From the NCBI GenBank assembly GCA_951406725.2, contig OX597823.1:94984001-95048000 (forward strand): DNA of 64,000 nucleotides, given 5' to 3'. The translations under genes and the position numbers were made by a program. Positions 38,587 through 51,802 of the stretch are shown in pieces; position 1 is the stretch's first letter, and the number at the start of each line of letters is the position of its first letter. Below the pieces are notes generated by a model that saw only the letters and a program-made list of their open reading frames with translations, was not told where the DNA came from and made no database searches. This stretch comes from Octopus vulgaris (taxonomy: Eukaryota).

Positions 38587-39788
38587 TTGGGTTGTCCGGA
38601 AAGTTCGTGCGGATTTATAGTAACTTACCTTTCGACTTATTTTAGAACATAGTTGAGTCCATAAAATAAGCTATCTTTTCGTGGAAGAATGTTTATGTTC
38701 CTAGAACTTGTGTTAATTCTGTAACCTCTTAAAATGGAAGATAAGAAAGTTCATTTTCGGCACTCGATGCTTTTCTTTTTCCGTAAAGGGAAAAATGCCT
38801 CACAAGCAACCAATGAAATATGCGCAGTTTACGGTGATGTTTCTTTATCCGAAGGAACTGTACGTAAGTTCTTATTGATAAAGAGCGATCAGGCTGACCA
38901 TCCACTACAGATGATGACCAAATCAAGTCATTAATTGAGAATAACCCACATTGCACAACCCGAGAATTGGCAGAAAGCCTCAACCTATCAAAACCCGTCG
39001 TTCATGAGCACCTGGTAAAGCTTGGGTACACAAATCGCTTCGACGTTTGGGTACCATATGAGTTGAATGAGAAGAACCTTTTGGATTGTATTTCCATCAG
39101 TGATTCGTTTTTCAAACGGAATGAAAACGCACCTTTTAAAAGCAAATCGTGACAGGTGATGAGAAATGGATTATCTAACGAAATGTTCAGAGAGTAAGCG
39201 ACATGAGCCACCCTTAGCCATCCCGAAAGCGGGTTTTCACCCTAAAAAAGTCTTGCTTTGTGTTTGGTGGGATTGGAAAGGAATTCTGTACTATGTGCCT
39301 CTCCCATGTAACCAGACAATTAATTCTGAGAAATATTGCACACAATTGGACGAGTTAAAAGCAGCAATTCAAGAGAAAGGTCCAGAATTGGCCAGCAGGA
39401 AGGTGATGTTTTCCAACATGATAATGCAAGACCGCACGTTTCATTGGGAACCAAACAAAAATTGCTGCAGCTCGGCTGGGATGTGTTACCCCACCCTCCA
39501 TATTCACCAGATATTGCTCCTTCGGATTTCCACTTATTCAGGTCTCTGCAGAATAGTCTTAATGTTAAAAATTTCAATTCCTTAGATGACGTAAAAAGAT
39601 ACCTTGATGAATTCTTTGCCATGAAACCACCTTATTTCTGGGAAGAGGGTATTTTCAAGTTAAAGGAAAGATGGAGCCGCATAGTGCAGCAAAATGGTTC
39701 ATATTTGGTTGATTAAAAATGTAATGGCAAGTATTTATTGACCTTTTTTTCCCATTAAAAGCCGGCACGAACTTTCCGGACAACCCAA
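38587..39788 (+). mobile_element. Full-length mariner (DD34D), frameshifted
   Basis: TIRs TTGGGTTGTCCGGAAAGTTCGTGC / GCACGAACTTTCCGGACAACCCAA with TA TSD on both sides. WVPYEL, GDEKW, HPKKVLLCVWWD, HDNARPH and YSPDIAPSDFHLF motifs. Confidence 0.96.
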
Positions 39789-39918
39789 TATATATGTTTA
39801 TCCTTGTCTTTATCTATAACTTATGAGCTTATTATGTTTGCATATGTATGCCCGTGGTTAAACACAGGTAATATACCGCTAGTTAGGGCGGTTATTTTAA
39901 ACTCTAACTCAACTAACA

Positions 39919-39952
<34 letters not shown>

Positions 39953-39959
39953 ACATTTT

Positions 39960-41220
39960 ATATGTATATCTTTCACGTCTCCCCTCCAAGGAGTAGAGTC
40001 CCGGTTCTCTCATTCTCTTCCTGTAGCCTATGTATTTTACTGACTCTATCTTCTTTGTGTAGTGACATTGGATCGGTTCTAGTTCCGCAATTAGTTTTAC
40101 ACTCTGTGGGGACCACAGTTGGGAGCAGCAGTAGTCCAGACGAGTGCGGACAAAGGTTCTCCAAAGCAAAAGCATTGTGTATCTGTTCCTGGTCCTGAAG
40201 TATCTAAGGATCCAACCTGCCACCCACCTGCATAGTGTTGCCATCTGAGCGCATGGAAAGTTGCTCATGTGGATTCCCAGGTCATGCACCGATTCTAACC
40301 CTGGGATTACATTGCCTGCTAGTCCCGTGTACTTCAGCTGTAGTTTGTGGGCTGATAGCGGAGTGTCATTGAACTGCATATTATTCTCATCAGCCCATTT
40401 ATATTTTGCGTTCTTTCTGCAGTCTTAGGATGTCAGTAGGATCCTTGACCACCTTGTGATACTTATGTATTGTCGGGATAGCTGGTGAGTGTGGCTGACT
40501 CTATGGCTGAGGGTATGTCCGAGAGAGCAACCACAAACAATAGTAGTCCCAGCATTATTCCCTGGGGCAATGGTTTTGCAAGAGCTTTCTTACGTGTTTT
40601 TAACAGAATTGCTGGGAGTCCATCTGGGCCTGTTGCAGAAATTGGGTTTAGCTCTTCAATGGCCGACAATACATCCTGTTCTTTTCGACTCTAGGCACAA
40701 GGCCCGAAATTTTGGGGGAGGGGGCCAGTCGATTAGATCGACACCAATACGCAACTGGTACGTAATTTATCGACGACCCCGAAAGGATAAAGGGCAAAGT
40801 CGACCTCGGTGGAATTTGAACTCAGAACGTAGCGGCAGACGAAATACCGGTAAGCCTTTCGCCTGGCGTGCTAACGTCTCTGTCAGCTCGCCGCCTTCAA
40901 TACATCCTCTTCTGTAATGTCAGTGTAATTGATGGTCGCCCTTTTCTTTTGTAGGTTAGAATTCAAGTCTGCTTTTTTCATGTTTTCTAGTGGGGAGGTG
41001 AAAACACTTTGGAATTTTTTATTGATTGCTTCACTTATCCACTTAGGGTCTGCAATCAGTGAGCCCTTTTCATCAAACAGTGACCCTATCCTGTATCGTA
41101 CTGAGGCAGACTCTTTTGTGAACTTGTAGGAGGTTTTAGGGTTGCTTTTTATATTTTCCATCGCCCTGGCTTCTCTGTTCTTTTTCTTTTGCATGGGAGA
41201 GTCTGATTTTATTCTCAGTC
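39960..41220 (-). mobile_element. CR1/L2-group LINE fragment (copy 1, internally deleted)
   Basis: IKSNPK..YKF, SATGPDGLPAILLK, PQG..LG.LLF, RLDYC.SQLWSP and LYSLE.RRER motifs. Confidence 0.82.
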
Positions 41221-41287
41221 TCTAAGAGCGGCATATATAAAGACACACACACGCGCACGCACACACACGCGCGCACACACACGCGCG

Positions 41288-41351
<64 letters not shown>

Positions 41352-41439
41352 TACACACACACACACACACACACATATTTTTTATCAGTTTCAGCCAAAT
41401 GCTGCGGCCATGCTGAGACACCGCCGTTTTGCTTCACTG

Positions 41440-43180
41440 TTATTATTGCGAGCCTTCTCTAATATTTGGCATTTGGTGAATAAAGGAGTTTGAAGTCACT
41501 ACCCTTATTTGCACCACTTGCCGCGAGGTAGGTTCATCTGGGACCCTCGACAGGAAGAGGTCCAGTTTTGATTTAAAAACACCTATATCCACTTTGTGTA
41601 GGTCCCTCAGGCTCTTTGGGAGAATATTAAAAAGCTGTGGACCCCTGAAATCCAGGCTGTTGCAGAAGCTGGTCCTGAAGCGCGATGGCATTGCTGGGAT
41701 ATTTGGCACTATGCAGTGGCCACCCGATATGGCATTTGTGCAGCTTTCAATGCCAAAATTTGGCACAATTCCTTCCAGGATCTTCCAGATCTATATTACT
41801 GCATACCTCTCTCGCCTTCGCTCCAGGGAGTAGAGTCTTAGCTGTTTCAGTCTTTCCCAGTAGCTGAGTTGCTGCAATGGGACAGTCTTCTTCGTGAAGC
41901 TTTGCTGGATTGCTTCAAGGTCTGCTGCTAATTTTACAATGTTGAGTAACCATAGCTGGGAGCAATAATCCAGGCGGCTGAGGACGAATGTCCTCCAGAG
42001 GGCCATCATAGTTTCCTTCTCTCTCGTTCTGAATGCTCTCAGGATCCATCCAGCCTGTCGTCCATATTATGTCGTCATCCTGGTAATGTGCATTTGAAAA
42101 GAGCTATCATCACTCATGTCGATACCCAGTTTCCTCACTGATTTAGGCTCTGGGATTGTGATCCCTTGTGGACCAGTGTAACTTGTAAGTTTTATATTCA
42201 GTTTTGGACGCTGGTAGCTCAGGGCTTGGAATTTTTCAGCATGAAATTGCATATTATTGTCCTCAACCCATCTGTAAGTCGAGTCCAACTCCTGTTAAAT
42301 GTGTGCAACATCGCTGGGGTTCTGTATTTTCTGCGAGACTTTCGTATCTTCTGCGTAGCTAGCAAGGGTGGTTATGCGGGCAGCTGAGGGCATATTTGAG
42401 AGGGCCACTATGAAAAGCAGTGGTCTTAGGGCAGTACCCTGTGATACACCACTCACTATTTGTGTTTTCTTTGAGGTGGCTGCATTGGCCACTACTGCCT
42501 GACATCTATCTTCCAGAAAGTCATGTAACTACTCTCCAAGTTTTCCAGCCATGCCAAGATCACGTAGTTTGTGACATATCGTACCAGGATCCACTTTATC
42601 AGCAAGTTGTTTCCTTCAGAGAATGTGATTAGCTTCCCTCTGACTATCCGTTCCATGACTTTGCTGATGTGTGAAGTCAGAGAGATAGGCCTATAGTTTT
42701 TCGCATCTGCTCTGCTTCCTCCTTTATGGATTGAGCATATTATTCCCTCATTCAGTTTGCTTGGCACCCTGCCATTTGCAAGAAAGCTCTGAAAGAGAAT
42801 CTGTAGTGGTTTCGCAAGAGCACGCTTACACGATTTGAGGAGGCTTGCTGGGAAACCACCAGGACCAGCAGTTGAGATTGTGTCCACCTCATCTATGGCT
42901 AGTAGTACATCTTTTTCACTAATGTCAATGTAATCCATCGCAACTGCCTCGCTGGTTATAGGTGAGGCGGCAAAGAGATCCATTGGTTCATTCACTTGTC
43001 TGTTTTCCAACAGGATGGTAAAGACACTTTTGAATTGGTCATTCAGTACCTCACTGATCCTGGTTGGACTATCTGTGGGGGAGCCAACCTTTTGGAAGAT
43101 GGGTCCTCGTTTGCAGCGTACCTATTGAGTCTGTTTCTTTGGCATAATGAAAGAAGGCCATTGGGTTTGACCTAATGTTT
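41440..43180 (-). mobile_element. CR1/L2-group LINE 3' half (copy 2)
   Basis: NYRPISLTSHISKVMERI, SGVSQGTALRPLLF, YAEDTK, RLDYCSQLW, GPQLFNILP and FKSKLDLFL..VPDEP motifs. Confidence 0.88.
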
Positions 43181-44950
43181 TTTATAAGATTAGAAAGAAT
43201 TTCTAAAACATATCAAGTCATATAAGAGATGACTTATATATGTTAAATCACTGCCAGAAAGGGTTGAGGAGGAAACAGTCATGGTATCATTCGATGTGAT
43301 TAATTTATACACCAACATATCTCATAGTTATGGAATAGAAGCAATTCGTTTCTGACTGGACAAATATCCAGAAGAAATACTAAAATGGATCAACAAAGAC
43401 TTCATAATCGAATCAATTAAATTCATCCTCCAAAACAACCATCTCATGTTTGACACGTATGTTTATCGCTAAAAATCTGGAATTGCAATGGGAACCAAGG
43501 CAGCCCCAACCATTGCCAATCTAACAATGGGATATTTAGAAATAACAAGAGTAATTTTCTAAATTTGGTAACACTCTCCCCTAGTACATAACAGAAAATT
43601 GGAAAAGATTTTGGGACGACTGCTTCATCCTCTGGAATGAAAACATAGATAAGCTCCTGGAGTTCAAAAGACTTTTCAGTAACATTAACACCAATATAAA
43701 ATTCACAATGGAACATAACCGAGAGGGACTCCCATTCCTAGACATACTGAGTTAAAAAATAAACAGAGAAATAGAAAAGGACATTTTTATAAGACGCTAA
43801 ATAATACTATTTAGCTCATGTCACCTTCAACAAATATCCCCTTCAACCTAGAAATGAATCAACAAAAAAAAAACATTCTTTTATAAAACACACACAAAAC
43901 AGTATTTAATCTTTTTAAAGATTTTAGAAACATTATATTAGGAGTCATTTTCAAAATTTGGAAACTCTCTCTTCCAATACATAAAAGAAAATTGGAAAAG
44001 ATTTTTGGACAATTGCTTCATCCTCTGGAATGAAAACATAGATAAGCTCCTGGAGTTCAAAATACTCCTCAATAGCATTAACACCGACATACAATTCACA
44101 ATGGAAAACAACCAAGAGGGACTCCCATTCCTAGACATACTGATTTAAAAAATAAACAAAGAAGAAATAAAAACAGACATTTTTTACAAGGCCACAATAT
44201 TATTTAGCTCATGTCACCAGCGACATATCAAAACAAATATCCCCTTCAACCTTGCAAGAAGGATTTGCAGCATAGTGTCCGAAAAAATACCAGAGAACTA
44301 AGATTGCAAGAGCTTAAAAACGTACTGAAGTAGAGGCACTACCCACTTCACCTCATAAACGAAGGAATTAAACGTGCAAAATCGATTAATATTAAAACAT
44401 TAAGAAAAGCCAAACACAACAATACACCTACCCTTAAAACACTATCTTATGTCTCCACATACAACCCCAGAAACAAAGAAGTATTCAATATCATCGCCCA
44501 AAATCTCCCAATACTCTATAAGAACCCCATACTTAAGGAGATTGTATGTAACCATAAAAGCATTTAGAGCAGCAAACAGCTTAAGATACTGAAGAAAATT
44601 CTTACCAATGGCAAAATATCCTCTAGAACAACGGACGCAAGAGTTGTAAAGTCTGGTTGCCCTAATTGTGGAACATGTCCCAATCTGTTAGAAGGATCGG
44701 AATTCCATTTCAGACTAGGACAAATATTCAAGATCAAATCCAACTTCACTTGCGCCTCCGAAAACCTCATTTATACGATTAGAGGCTCGGGCTATCATCG
44801 AAATTATATTGGTTCAACAAGAAATTCGATCCGAAAGAGATGTACGGTCCACAGACAACAAATTTCCTCCCCACAATGTCGCCAAATATACCTCAGTTAA
44901 CACATTGACGAATGTGCAGAACGATTACAACCACAATTCGAAATTTTCCC
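43180..44950 (+). mobile_element. Penelope-like element (Neptune-like RT + GIY-YIG), decayed, with internal duplication
   Basis: SFDVINLYTNI, GIAMGTKAAPTIANLTMGYLE, WKRF.DDCFILW, LPFLDIL, NIPFNLARRI, CPNCGTCPNL and CASENLIYTI..YIG motifs. ~43550-43850 is duplicated at ~43945-44250. Confidence 0.88.
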
Positions 44951-46070
44951 TTGGACAGGAAATGGAACAATGAACCAACGTGAAATTTTGCTTTAAACTT
45001 GGGAAGTCTACTACAGAGAAATCAAGCATACTTCTGCAAGCTTATGGCAATGACGCAATGGGTCGTACGCAATGCTTTGAGTAGTAGAATCGTTAGCACG
45101 CCAGGCGAAATGCTTAGCAGTATTTCGTCTTCCGTTACGTTCTGAGTTCAAATTCCACCGAGGTCGACTTTGCCTTTCGGGGTCGATTAAATAAATACCA
45201 GTTACGCAATGGGGTCGATCTAATCGACTTAATCCCTTTGTCCTTGCTTGTCCCTTCTATGTTTAGCCTTCTGTGGGCAATAAAGAAGTAAATGCTTTGA
45301 GTGGCATGGGTGCTTCAAAAGTGGAAGAAAGTTCTTGGAAGACGACGAGCAATTTGGAAGACCTGTCATGAGCGGCACCCTGGGAAATGTGGAAAACATT
45401 TATCAGCTTATGCATGAGGATTGTCGGAGGAGAATCATCGACATTGTTGATGTTGTTGATCTATTGTATGGGTCCATGGAGGCAGTCCTAACGTCTGAAT
45501 TGAACATGATGTGTCTCTGCCAAGTTTGTTCCCTGCCTGATGACCACTGAGTAGAAAGAACCTCGTTCCGAAGCCTGTCCAGATGTCCATCTGCTGAATC
45601 CCACCTTCGTGTTGAGGATCATCACAAGAGTTGGGTCTGTTGGGAATGACTCTGAGACAAAGCAGCAGTCATCTCAACGCAGCCATCTCTTCTTTACGAT
45701 TAAGGCAGCAGTCTTTACGATTAAAGACGGCATGACAGAGCTGTACCTCAATCAAGAACATGCTCATCGTTTTTTCCGACATTCACAGTATTATGCATCG
45801 AGAATTCATCCCCCAAGGCCTGGCTGTTGAACGAGAGTTTTACTGTGAGGTTCTGAAGTGTTTCAAGGAGGACATTCAGCGATAGCAAATGGATCTGTGG
45901 AGCGTGAACAATTGAATTCTTCACGATGACAGTGCACCATGTCATTGAGTTCTCACTTCTGAGTTTCTCACCCAAAAACATGATATCGCTTCCGCACTCG
46001 CCATATTCACCAAATATAGCACCTGCAGACTTCCATCTCTTCCCCAACATGAAAATGCAGCTGAAACGTT
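44950..46070 (+). mobile_element. Decayed mariner interrupted by a SINE
   Basis: NVKFCFKLGKS, FEWHGCFKSGR, HDDSAPCH and PYSPNIAPADFHLFP motifs. SINE at 45083-45290 with 12-bp TSD AATGCTTTGAGT. Confidence 0.85.
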
Positions 46071-46182
46071 AGGAAAAAGATTTCCTCCAATGCATAAACT
46101 TCACATTGAAGTGTTCAAGATATTCAAACATGAGGCGTTGGAATATTGTAGAAGTAAGAAACAAACTTAAGCAAATGAAGTT

Positions 46183-49100
46183 CATCATCATCATTATCGT
46201 TTAACATCCGTTTTCCATGCTAGTATGGGTTGGACGGTTCGACTGGGGTCTGGGAAGCACCAGGCTCCAGTCTGATCTAGCAGAGTTTCTACAGCTAGAT
46301 GCCCTTCCTAACGCCAACCACTCCGTGAGTGTAGTGGGTGCTTTTTACGTGCCACCGGCACAGGTGACAGGGGAGGCTGGCAACGGCCACGATCGGTTGG
46401 TGCTTTTTACGTGCCACTGGTACGGAAGCCAGTCAAGGCGGCGCTGGCATCGGCCACGTTCGGATGGTGCTTTCTACGTGGCGCCGGCATGGGTCTCACA
46501 ACTACAAATTCTATTTGATTCTTATTTTGATGTTGATGTACTTGATTCAGTAGGACTCCTCAAGCACAGCAGGTCGCCATACGATCCAAGGTAAGCACAG
46601 CAGGTAGGTCGTCCTACGATCCAAGGTAATTTGAATGGGCAGGGGCTGGTTATGTGAAGCTGGTGTAGATACTCCGTGGACTCACTTTATTTGTCGGGTC
46701 TTCGCAATAACAGCATATCTCCAGAGGTCTCGGTTTTTCGGCATTGCCTCTGTAAGGCCCAACGTTCAAAGGTCATGCTTGACCACCTCATCCCATGTCT
46801 TTCAGGGTTTACCTCTACCCCGGATTCCTTCAACTTTTTGGGAGTGGCACTTCTTTACACATCTCTTCTCATCCATCCGTAGTACATGACTATACCAGCG
46901 CTAATGTCTCTCTTGCACACCACATCCGAGGCTTCTTATGTCCAACATTTCTCTCAGGGCGCTTACACTGTCGTGCATGGACACTGGCATTACACATCCA
47001 GCGGATCATGCCAGCTTCATTTCTTTCGAGCCTACGCATGTCCTCCACAGTCACGGCCCATGTTTCACTGGTGTGAAGCATGGCAGTTCGCATACATGCA
47101 TCGTACAATCTACCTTTCACTCTGAGCGAGAGATTCTTTATCACCAGTAGGAGTAGAAGCTTTCTAAACTTTGCCCAGGCTATTCTTATTCTAGTGGTGA
47201 CACTCTGAGCATCCACTAACTTGGTCACCTAGGTAGCGGAAACTATCAATTACTTCTAGTTTATCCCCCTGGAGTGTGATGGAATCTGTTTTCGGAGCAT
47301 CTGTGCTGTCTATTGTCCTTGTGCATCTGCCGCACACGAAAACTATCTTCTCGGTTAATCTTCCTTTGATGTTGCTGCGCCTCTTATGTGTCCATAGCTT
47401 ACACCTTTTCTACAGATCGAGCAGGGCCACATACCTGAGGGAAGTGTGTGCGATGAGTTCGCCTTCTTACTTACTAGAACTTTGGCCTTTGCTACATTGA
47501 ATCTAAGGCCTTTTGATTCTAAACTTTGCTTCCACACCGGAAATTTCTTGTCTAGTTCCGGTAGTGACTCTGCTATGAGGGCCAGATCGTCACCTAGAGG
47601 AACTCCCAGGGCCAACTCGTCTTGAAATCCTCTGTTATTGCCTGAAGGACTACGATAAATAAAGGAGGACTGAGGGCTGAACCTTGGTGGGCCCCTACTT
47701 CTACCCGGAATTCTTCACTATACTCATTGCCAATCCTAAACTTACTAAAAGGCCTCTCTGTATAGTGCCTGTACAGCCCTTATTAACCATCCGTCAATCT
47801 CCAGTTTCTGCATCGCCCACCAGATAAGGGATCGGGGAACCTTGTCAAAGGCTTTCTCCAAGTCCACAAAAGCTAAGTATAGGCGTTTATCTTTAGCTAG
47901 TTATTTCTCCTGCAGTTGTGGAACCAGGAATATGGCATCAGTGGTACTTCTATCCGGCACAAAACCGAACTGCATCTCATCTAGGCAGACTCTCTCCCTA
48001 ATCAGATAGGTTCTGACCCTCTCCATGACCTTCATCACCTGATCCAGCAGTTTGGCACCCCTGTAGTTATTTCTATCTAGAGCATCACCTTTACCATTGG
48101 AGCAGTTGACTATGGTGCTGCTACGCCAGTCATTAGGTATGACTTCATTATGAACTACCTTGCTTACAATGCAGGTGACTAGGCCATAGCCCACATCACC
48201 AGATGTTTTAAGCATTTCAGCAGTGATTCCTGATGGGCCGGGGGCCTTTCCTTGCTTCATACTCTTAATTGCTTTATTTACCAGGGAGCTGTCTATTCGG
48301 ATAGCTGGTCCCTTTACTGGGTCAACACTTGGCAGGCTCTCCTCCTCCCATTCATTCTCCACATTTAGCAATCTATCATAATGGCTTCTCCAAGTCTCTT
48401 TCTTTTCAAAAACATTGAAAGCAAGTGCACCATCATCCAAGCGGACACATTTCTCTCCTGTGACTTCGCAATTTTCTCTCACACACACGCTGTCTTGCAA
48501 TCCGAAATACTTCAGTTCTTTGGTCCTCACGTCGCTGGATATTGACAAACTTCTTTTCCTCTTCGCCCTTGGCTATGTATACCTGCAGCCTAGGCTCCCT
48601 TTTGGCTACCTAGTACAGTTCCCTGCTACCTCCACCCTTCCAGGCTTTCCAGGTTTGTTTCTTTGCCCTAATGGCTTTGTCTACCGTACTATTCCACCAC
48701 CAGGTCTGGAAGGGACTTTGCATAAACCACAGATTTGGTCTGTGGCACTCAGCAAGCTGTCACCTAGGAATTTCCAGCTTCCTTCTATGTCCGATGTCTG
48801 TAGCTCCTCCTCCCTCTCCTGAAATTTCTTGATGAGGATGTCCCTAAATCTCTGAACATGTGAAGGGTTCTTTAGCTTCCAAATCCTTCTTTTTTGGATT
48901 TGTCTGCTTCATGGTATCCATCCTTCTGCCCTCGAGCCTAAAGCCACCCGAGTCGCCCACATTTGGGGCGATAAGCCACTAATGACTAGCCTATGCTGGG
49001 GGGTACATTCTTCACACTGGAGGGTCTTTGTATTTAAGAGCAACCCTGTGTCCCGCTGTCTGGTGAGGATGAAATCAATCTGGCTAGCAGAGTCCCCCGA

Positions 49101-50570
49101 TTGATAGGTTATCAGATGGCTGTCTGGCTTCCTGAAGTTAGTGTTGCAGATTAAAAGGTTACATGCATCACAGAACTCCAGTTACCTGTTTCCCTCATCG
49201 TTTCGGGTGCCAATTCCATGGTCACCATGTACCCCAGTGAAGATACCAGATTGCTGCCCAACATGCCCATTAAAGTCTTCAGCCACAAAGATGAGGTCAT
49301 TGCCACTAGTCGTTGAGGTAGCCTGTAGAAGGGTATCATAAAAGTGGTCCTTCTGATCATTTGCTAGCGCTACAAGTGGGGTGTAGGCGGAGATAATTGT
49401 AGCTGTGCTGTTCTGCAGGACTAGCCTGAGCTTAAGCACCCTATCACATACCCTAACAACCTCTATGACTCTATCCACCCATTTCGCCGCAAGGAGTATG
49501 CCTACACCCCCTACACCATCCATGTTACCTTGCCAGAAGACTTTATACCTATGTGCCTTGCCTGTGAGGACCCTAGCTGAAGCTCCTCTTCATCTTACCT
49601 CTTGTATGCAGCATACATCAACCCGTCTCCTTTCAAGCATCTCTACAATCTCACTAGACCTACCTTTCAGTGTGCCAACATTGACAGTGCCAACTCTGAA
49701 AAGTGGAAAGGGAATGTGGGGTGAGGTTTGGGGAGGAGGGATGTTATTCAGCGCCTGAAAAGGAGAGGGAGGTTGTTTTAGTGTTCGTTTTTTAGGCATG
49801 CTTCATGTGTTCTCTCTTCCGACCTGACAGCATTCAAGCATTCAAGCATGTTAAGATCATTGTCCCTACTGGAGGTAGGAGACGGTGTTAGCAGCGTTGT
49901 TAGCATAAACATTATGGTCATCAAATGATGTAGATTTAAGCAGTGTAGCAAAAATATGAATATTCCAATGTTAGGTTAGGAGGGAGTTAGCTAAAACTGG
50001 TGGCGTTTGTCTAGGAAGGGGGGAATTGCAGGTATAATGGAGGCTACCACCAGAGGGGAAGGGTTCAGACAGAGAGAGGAAACCGGCTCATTCCTATAAA
50101 TACACAAGCGCATTCACACTCAGGAACAAGCACACATGGACAGCCGAATAGCTTTCTCCTTCACTTGATAAGGCCAAGGAAAACTTCATGGGTAGTTGTT
50201 GGCATGTTTCTTCATAGAAATGAGAATGAAACGAAAGATAGCCGGTTAAGTAGGTGGGCAGATAACCTAGTTGCGTTTGTCCCAGTAGAGAGATGGAGAA
50301 AAAGAGGGCGAGAGATAGAGAAAGAGAGAGTGCAGGTAATATAGGGAACAGCACCAGTGAGGAGGGGGAATTGGGAGAAGAGAAATTTGGTAGTGGTGGT
50401 GACAAATTTCTAGACAGAAAGAAACGTAAGATAGCCGGTTAAGTGGGTGGGTGGACGAGCAGCTGGGATGGTTGCATTTGCCCTAGGAGAGAGAGAAGTG
50501 CAGGTAATATATAGAGAACATCCCAGTGAGGAGGAGGGGTTGGGAGAATAGTCACAGGTAACGGTGGTGG
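46183..50570 (-). mobile_element. RTE-clade LINE, near full length, multiple disruptions
   Basis: APE motifs VGTVNVGTL..CCIQEVR, GVGILL and DFNGHVG. RT motifs KAPGPSGI, NYRG.KLL, QFGF..RSTTDAIF and DDLAL; (TGA)n-like 3' tail at ~46183. The 5' boundary is uncertain. Confidence 0.9.
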
Positions 50571-50575
50571 AAGAA

Positions 50576-50845
50576 GGGATATCCGGTGTAGATGGTGAGC
50601 AGATTGAGATATCCGGTATTGGTGTTGGGAAGATAGAGATATCCGGTATTGGTGGTGGGAAAATAGAGATATCCGGTATTGGTGGTGGGAAGATAGAGAT
50701 ATCCGGTATTGGTGGTGGGAAAATAGAGATATCCGGTATTGGTGGTGGGAAGATAGAGATATCCGGTATTGGTGGTGGGAAGATAGAGATATCCGATATT
50801 GGTGGTGGGAAGATAGAGATATCCGGTATTGGTGGTGGGGGCGGG
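50576..50845. repeat. G-rich minisatellite, 30-bp unit x8-9
   Basis: Unit GAGATATCCGGTATTGGTGGTGGGAAGATA recurs every 30 nt. Confidence 0.95.
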
Positions 50846-51117
50846 AAAGGGCGGGTGCACACCGAACAAGCAAGTTTTGTTTGGGGACAGAGGGGCGAAA
50901 ATAATGGTAATAAGAATGAGATTAAACAGACCGAGAAACGACACCCCCAGACCCAGCATGCAACAATTTCTCCAAATGTATATTCAATACATCAAACATA
51001 TAAAAAATGTATAGATATAATATATAGAGTAATACTTTTGGGGAAATTCATGCATGTTGGGTCTGGGGCTGAATAAATATAAATGAATATGTCAACTTGA
51101 TTTGTCTAAATTTGATT

Positions 51118-51226
<109 letters not shown>

Positions 51227-51408
51227 ATATATGTACATACACACGCACATACACACACATATTTATATATATACATAAGTAGATGCCTTTACAATCCTGT
51301 AGTGCGTTAGTATAATTTCTTGTTTACTTTTATGATCTATTTACTTACCTACCTACCTACCTACCTTCCTACCTACCTACTTACCTACCTACCTACCTAC
51401 CTACTATA

Positions 51409-51473
<65 letters not shown>

Positions 51474-51488
51474 GTCTGTCTGCCTGTG

Positions 51489-51588
<100 letters not shown>

Positions 51589-51594
51589 CATATA

Positions 51595-51802
51595 AAGTTA
51601 ATCCAAACAAGAAAGCACAAAAAAGACACAACAACGCGAGGACGTGGAACAAATATAGTATTATTGGACGCTCAGGAAAGAAGGAAAGAAGGAGGGATGA
51701 ACGTTTCGAGCGGAGCTCTTCGTCGGAAACATAGGAGAAGGAAAAATCCAGAGAAGGGAAGACAGAGGAAAAAAATCGCCAACGGTACACACGCGGTCAT
51801 AT
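51595..51802 (-). mobile_element. PLE pLTR family copy 3 (minimal HHR motif at ~51695-51730)
   Basis: High similarity to 21090-21310. Confidence 0.75.

Noticed and set aside
50410-51076. Pro-rich/Gly-rich repeat protein ORFs
   Set aside because: Products of the 30-bp minisatellite, open on both strands.
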